This document shows, in pieces, positions 59,256 through 64,000 of a stretch of DNA of 64,000 bases. How positions within the stretch are numbered: position 1 is the first letter of the stretch; each line of letters opens with the position of its first letter. The notes below the pieces were generated by a model. The model saw only the letters and a program-made list of their open reading frames with translations. It searched no databases and had not been told where the DNA came from. Both the position numbers and the translations under genes were made by a program. The stretch is from an uncultured cyanobacterium (GTDB lineage: Bacteria; Cyanobacteriota; Cyanobacteriia; Phormidesmidales; Phormidesmidaceae): the NCBI GenBank assembly GCA_963793265.1, contig CAWBZI010000002.1, positions 64,001 to 128,000 on the forward strand. Direction: 5' to 3'.

Positions 59256-61673
59256 CTAATAAGGCCATACCCAGTTAGTAATCTCCGACTTATCTTCTCC
59301 ATGCAGGTGAGCATAGTTCACATTATCAATAATCGCATTCTCCATTCTCTCTTTTACATAAGCCGCCGCCGAGCCCAATGTCGGCACCCGATTAATCACT
59401 TCAATCACCAGATGAAACCGATCGATTTCATTGTTAATAGCCAGCTCCAAAGGCGTATTGATATTGCCTTTCTCCTTATAGCCGCGAACGTGAATCCGAC
59501 TCTGATTCGAGCGACTATAGACCAGCTTATGAATCAGCCAGGGATAGCCATGGAAGTTGAAGATAACCGGCTGATCGGTCGTAAAAAGAGTATCAAAATC
59601 TTTATCCGAAAGGCCATGCGGATGATCCTTCGGGTGAATGAGCTTGTACAAATCTACAACGTTAATAAAGCGAACGCGCAGGTCGGGAAGTTCCTCTCGC
59701 AAAATGGCCGTAGCGGCCAGCGCTTCCATAGTAGGAATATCACCACAGCAGGCGATCACCACATCTGGCTTATCTGGCGCTTTGCCCTGGTCGTCATTAC
59801 TCGCCCAGTCCCAAATGCCAATGCCCTTTGTGCAGTGCCGCACCGCCTCATCCATCGTCAAAAATTGCAGATGCTTCTGCTTATCAGAGACAATCACGTT
59901 GATGTAGTCCGTGCTTTTCAAGCAGTGATCGACCACTGAGAGCAGGCAGTTCGCATCGGGCGGCAGGTAAATGCGCGTGACATCCGGGCTTTTGTTCGTT
60001 ACCAGATCAATAAAGCCAGGATCTTGATGGCTAAAGCCGTTGTGGTCTTGTCGCCACACCACCGAAGAGAGCAAAATGTTGAGCGAGGCGACAGGCGCAC
60101 GCCAGGGCACTTCTTTTTTGCACACTTCTAGCCACTTGGCATGTTGATTAAACATCGAGTCGATGACGTGGGCAAAGGCTTCGTAGGTATGAAAAAATCC
60201 ATGCCGACCCGTAAGCAAATAGCCCTCTAGCCAGCCTTGCAGCGTGTGCTCGCTCAGCATTTCCATCACCCGGCCCGTTTGCGACAAATAGCCGCCGTCT
60301 TCATCTTCAGGCAAATAGTCGGCCATCCAAGCGCGCTCGGTCACTTCAAAAACTTCTCCTAGCCGATTAGAAAGCGTTTCGTCTGGGCCGAACAGCCGAA
60401 AGTTTGTTGGATTTTTCGCAATCACGTCTTTGAGAAAGCGGCCCATTAGCCGAGTGTTTTCTACCTGAGTTTTACCCGGTGCGTCTATGGGTACCTCGTA
60501 GTCTCTAAAATGGGGCAGCTTTAGCTGTTTGCGCAGTCTTCCACCATTGGCCATCGGGTTAGCGCTCAAGCGGCGATCGCCCTCAGGCGGCAAATCTCTC
60601 AGTTCTTCAATCAGCCGACCGCTCTCGTCAAACAGTTCCTCGGGCCGGTAGCTGCGCAGCCAGTCTTCTAGCAGCCGAATGTGTTCTGGATCATTTTTTA
60701 GACCGGATAGAGGTACCTGGTGCGATCGCCAAAAATCTGACACCTTATGCCCATCTACTGACTCAGGCCCTGTCCAGCCTTTGGGTGATCGCAGCACAAT
60801 CATCGGCCAGCGCGGACGCTCCAATCTGCCATCACCATCTTTACTACGAGCCCGCGCCTGAATAGCGCGAATCTGACTCACGCACTCTTCCATCACCGCC
60901 GCCATCTTTTGATGCATCGGCATGGGGTCATCGCCTTCTACAAAGTAAGGCGTATAGCCATAGCCCTTGAACAAACACTCCAATTCCTCGTGCGAAATGC
61001 GAGAGAGAATCGTGGGGTTAGCAATTTTGTAGCCATTCAGGTGCAAAATCGGCAGCACGGCCCCGTCCTGCGCCGGGTTCAAAAACTTATTAGAATGCCA
61101 GGATGTCGCCAGCGGCCCAGTCTCCGCCTCACCATCACCAATTGCAACTAGCGTAATGAGATCGGGATTATCAAACACCGACCCATACGCATGAGAAAGG
61201 CTGTAGCCCAGCTCGCCGCCCTCATGAATCGATCCAGGCAGTTCCGGCGTGCAGTGGCTACCAATGTGTCCTGGAAAAGAAAAATGCTTGAAAAACTTCC
61301 GCAGTCCTTCTACATCCTGGCTTTTCTCAGGATAAACCTCCGAGTACGTTCCCTCCAGATAAGTAGGCGCTAATATACCCGGTGCCCCGTGCCCCGGCCC
61401 CGCCATAAAAATCGCGTTGAGGTCGTATTTTTTAATCAGCCGACTAAAGTGCACATACATAAAGCTGAGCCCTGGGCTCGTGCCCCAGTGCCCCAGCAGG
61501 CGAGGCTTAATATGCTCTAGGGTCAGCGGCTCGCGCAGCAGCGGATTATCCTTAAGATAAATCATGCCGATAGCCAGATAGTTACAGGCTCGCCAGAAGG
61601 CGTTTATTTTACGCAGCTCTTCTTCAGAAAGCGACGCGTCGGTGACGTTGAGCTGAGGAATAGAGGCAGTCAT
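59256..61673 (-). CDS. xfp: Xylulose-5-phosphate/fructose-6-phosphate phosphoketolase
   Basis: [28 protein letters not shown] and [15 protein letters not shown] at 61673 preferred. Confidence 0.95.
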   Translation of the reverse strand: MTASIPQLNVTDASLSEEELRKINAFWRACNYLAIGMIYLKDNPLLREPLTLEHIKPRLLGHWGTSPGLSFMYVHFSRLIKKYDLNAIFMAGPGHGAPGILAPTYLEGTYSEVYPEKSQDVEGLRKFFKHFSFPGHIGSHCTPELPGSIHEGGELGYSLSHAYGSVFDNPDLITLVAIGDGEAETGPLATSWHSNKFLNPAQDGAVLPILHLNGYKIANPTILSRISHEELECLFKGYGYTPYFVEGDDPMPMHQKMAAVMEECVSQIRAIQARARSKDGDGRLERPRWPMIVLRSPKGWTGPESVDGHKVSDFWRSHQVPLSGLKNDPEHIRLLEDWLRSYRPEELFDESGRLIEELRDLPPEGDRRLSANPMANGGRLRKQLKLPHFRDYEVPIDAPGKTQVENTRLMGRFLKDVIAKNPTNFRLFGPDETLSNRLGEVFEVTERAWMADYLPEDEDGGYLSQTGRVMEMLSEHTLQGWLEGYLLTGRHGFFHTYEAFAHVIDSMFNQHAKWLEVCKKEVPWRAPVASLNILLSSVVWRQDHNGFSHQDPGFIDLVTNKSPDVTRIYLPPDANCLLSVVDHCLKSTDYINVIVSDKQKHLQFLTMDEAVRHCTKGIGIWDWASNDDQGKAPDKPDVVIACCGDIPTMEALAATAILREELPDLRVRFINVVDLYKLIHPKDHPHGLSDKDFDTLFTTDQPVIFNFHGYPWLIHKLVYSRSNQSRIHVRGYKEKGNINTPLELAINNEIDRFHLVIEVINRVPTLGSAAAYVKERMENAIIDNVNYAHLHGEDKSEITNWVWPY

Positions 61674-61856
61674 AGTTATCTGTGGCAATTGGTAACAATT
61701 GAAACATGTCAGCAAAAGACGATGAGTAATGTTAGACGCGATCGCCTAAAAATTCAAAACCTATTTGATAGACCGACTTGTCTTGCCTGTGTTCAATACC
61801 CTCGTAGAACTTAACTTAAATTTAGAGAAAAGAGCTTTGCGCTATCAAAGCCTCTA

Positions 61857-63521
61857 TCACAGTGTAGTCATCGCTTCGCTCGGATCTCTAATCTCTGCGA
61901 CCATCGCTTGAATCTCAGCCGGTGGCGGCGGCGTCAGTCTCGATACAGCCAAGACGACGACAAAGTTAATCAGCATTCCAAGGGTGCCAATACCCTCTGC
62001 TGAGACGCCAAAGAACCAGGGGCTCATGCCGTAGAACTTGACGCCTACAATGTAAAAAATGGTGAAGCTGAGCCCAGCGATCATGCCCGCGATCGCCCCT
62101 TCCTTATTCGCGCGCTGATCAAAAATGCCTAAAACAAGAACAGGGAAAAAGCTCGCTGCCGCTAGTCCAAAGGCAAAGGCAACCACCTCAGCAACAAACC
62201 CTGGCGGATTGATACCAAAATATCCAGCGACCACAATCGCAAAACCCACCATCACTCGGCCGATCGCTAATCGCTGCGACTCAGTGGCCGCAGGGTTAAT
62301 CATTCGATAGTACAGGTCGTGAGCGATCGCACTAGACACCACCAGCAGCAGACCCGAGGCCGTCGAAAGCGCAGCGGCCAGTCCACCCACCGCGACCAGT
62401 GCCACAATAAAGGGAGAAAGACTCGCCACCTCTGGGGTTGCCAGCACAATAATATCGCGGTCTACCGTAATTTCGTTCGTGGCCTCATCGGGCGTAAACT
62501 GTAGCCTGCCATCTCCACTCTTATCTTCAAAGCTCAGCAGTCCGGTATTTTCCCACTTAGTCGCCCAGTTTAGCTGCTGAACCTCAGCAGGCGTTTTATC
62601 TTGCAAACTCTCGACTAGGTTATAGCGAGCAAAGCCTGCAAGGGCAGGGGCAGTCGTGTACAAAATTGCAATAAATAATAGCGCCCAGCCCGCTGAATAC
62701 CTGGCAGCGCGTACGTTTGGCACCGTATAGAATCGGACAATTACATGAGGAAGCCCAGCAGTGCCGACCATGAGCGCGATGGTGATAAACAGTACATCGA
62801 GCATAGACTTGCTGGCAAAAGGCTGAGTGTAAGCCGCAAACCCCAGATCAAGCTGTAGGCCGTCTAGTCGCCCGACAATATCGCTAAAGGTAAAGCCCAA
62901 CTGAGGGACTAAGGTATTGGTGAGTAGCAGTGAGATTGCAAACGCGGGAATGAGGTAGGCCACAATTAGCACGCAGTACTGAGCGACCTGAGTCCAGGTG
63001 ATGCCTTTCATGCCACCGATAATGGCGAAGAAGGCTACAATCACCATGCCAATCGCCACGCCAGTGCCAACGTCCACCTGCAAAAAGCGGCTAAACACAA
63101 TGCCAACCCCGCGCATTTGCCCGGCGACATAGGTCATCGAGACAAAAATAGCAGCCACCACGGCCACCCCGCGCGCAGCGTTAGAGTAATATCTATCGCC
63201 TACAAAGTCAGGAACGGTGTATTTGCCAAACTTACGCAGGTAGGGCGATAGCAGCAGCGCTAAGAGCACGTAGCCGCCCGTCCATCCCATTAAGTAAATA
63301 GAGCCGTCGTAGCCCAAAAAAGAGATCAGGCCAGCCATGGAAATAAACGAGGCGGCTGACATCCAATCGGCAGCAGTCGCCGCGCCGTTGGCAATCGAGG
63401 GCACGTCTTGATCGGCGACGAAAAAGCCTTTGGTGTCTTTTACGCGCGATCGCCACCCGATGTAGGTGTAGGCGACAAAAGACAAAATTGCTAGCGTAAT
63501 TGTCCAAGATTCGATAGACAT
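61857..63521 (-). CDS. Sodium/cation:solute symporter (ActP-like)
   Basis: AADWMSAASF, GGMKGITWTQ, GTAGLPHV and LAAASFFP. Confidence 0.9.
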   Translation of the reverse strand: MSIESWTITLAILSFVAYTYIGWRSRVKDTKGFFVADQDVPSIANGAATAADWMSAASFISMAGLISFLGYDGSIYLMGWTGGYVLLALLLSPYLRKFGKYTVPDFVGDRYYSNAARGVAVVAAIFVSMTYVAGQMRGVGIVFSRFLQVDVGTGVAIGMVIVAFFAIIGGMKGITWTQVAQYCVLIVAYLIPAFAISLLLTNTLVPQLGFTFSDIVGRLDGLQLDLGFAAYTQPFASKSMLDVLFITIALMVGTAGLPHVIVRFYTVPNVRAARYSAGWALLFIAILYTTAPALAGFARYNLVESLQDKTPAEVQQLNWATKWENTGLLSFEDKSGDGRLQFTPDEATNEITVDRDIIVLATPEVASLSPFIVALVAVGGLAAALSTASGLLLVVSSAIAHDLYYRMINPAATESQRLAIGRVMVGFAIVVAGYFGINPPGFVAEVVAFAFGLAAASFFPVLVLGIFDQRANKEGAIAGMIAGLSFTIFYIVGVKFYGMSPWFFGVSAEGIGTLGMLINFVVVLAVSRLTPPPPAEIQAMVAEIRDPSEAMTTL

Positions 63522-63557
63522 AAGCCTGTAGGAGAATTTTACATAAGAGAAGTGATG

Positions 63558-63899
63558 CTATTTTTGTTCGCTGCTATCGATGACGGCTGCTGGGTTAGCT
63601 TGAGAGAATGCACTGTCTTTTTGGACGCGATCGCTTTGAATGCGATCGCGTTGTGCATACTTACGATCTAACCTATCCATCTGAACAGCGTAGGCAAAAA
63701 TCAGAACGACAAACACATAGATCGACCCTTGCTGAGCCATCCAAAATCCAAAGGGCACATCGCCCAGTTGAAAGTTGTTTAAGGGCTCTACCAGTAAAAT
63801 ACTCATCACGAGAGAAACCAAAGCCCAAATGATTAGTAAACTGCGAATCAGGGCTTTGTTCGCTCGCCAGTAAGCGCTGCGAGACTCTAGATTGTTCAT
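63558..63899 (-). CDS. DUF4212 small membrane subunit of the symporter
   Basis: YWRAN, PFGFWMAQQGSI and MDRLD. Confidence 0.88.
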   Translation of the reverse strand: MNNLESRSAYWRANKALIRSLLIIWALVSLVMSILLVEPLNNFQLGDVPFGFWMAQQGSIYVFVVLIFAYAVQMDRLDRKYAQRDRIQSDRVQKDSAFSQANPAAVIDSSEQK

Positions 63900-64000
63900 T
63901 AGTATTAGCTGCTTATTGTTTCTACTCTCTTCTCACCATTAATCAAGCAATATTATGCAGCCTCTTATGAAAAGGTATAAAATCCAACAGGCTAATGAAA

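Noticed and set aside
59247..59939. 230-aa plus-strand ORF and the other short antisense ORFs in the track
   Set aside because: Shadow frames opposite well-supported genes, with no recognisable motifs.
1..64000. Abundant GCGATCGC octamers
   Set aside because: This is the well-known cyanobacterial HIP1; useful for taxonomy but not novel.

Overview
This is cyanobacterial chromosomal DNA: the HIP1 octamer GCGATCGC is frequent, and there are NtcA-type boxes, devBCA and an InrS-like repressor. The window is dominated by organic-nitrogen scavenging and metal handling. (1) 2.0-18.8 kb is a divergent cluster. Leftward are a Co-type nitrile hydratase (beta, alpha, activator), a COG0523 GTPase, HupE/UreJ and a DUF1097-like protein. 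Rightward are an NtcA-boxed sulfonate/nitrate-type ABC importer, a LysR regulator fused to a copy of that importer's binding domain, an APS-reductase (AprAB/AsfAB)-like flavoprotein and ferredoxin, a HEAT protein, Mrp/ApbC and two sulfur-oxyanion exporters. This is a candidate undescribed pathway for an N+S compound. (2) 19-39 kb is a mosaic of efflux, detox and regulatory genes, two amidases, a P450 and many internally deleted remnants, including a collapsed cbiMQO-like operon next to inrS. (3) 39-46 kb holds cynABDS with a PAS kinase/AraC response-regulator pair and a SnoaL-like gene that shares its promoter architecture. (4) At about 48.5 kb a small gene has a long structured leader and a predicted ~80-nt antisense RNA (type I toxin-antitoxin-like layout). 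(5) 52-64 kb holds a nucleoside ABC importer with a deaminase, ackA, phosphoketolase and an ActP-like symporter. A 162-bp MITE carrying a GTAG-REP doublet occurs three times. No rRNA, tRNA or CRISPR array was seen. All family calls come from recognising motifs by eye, not from database searches.
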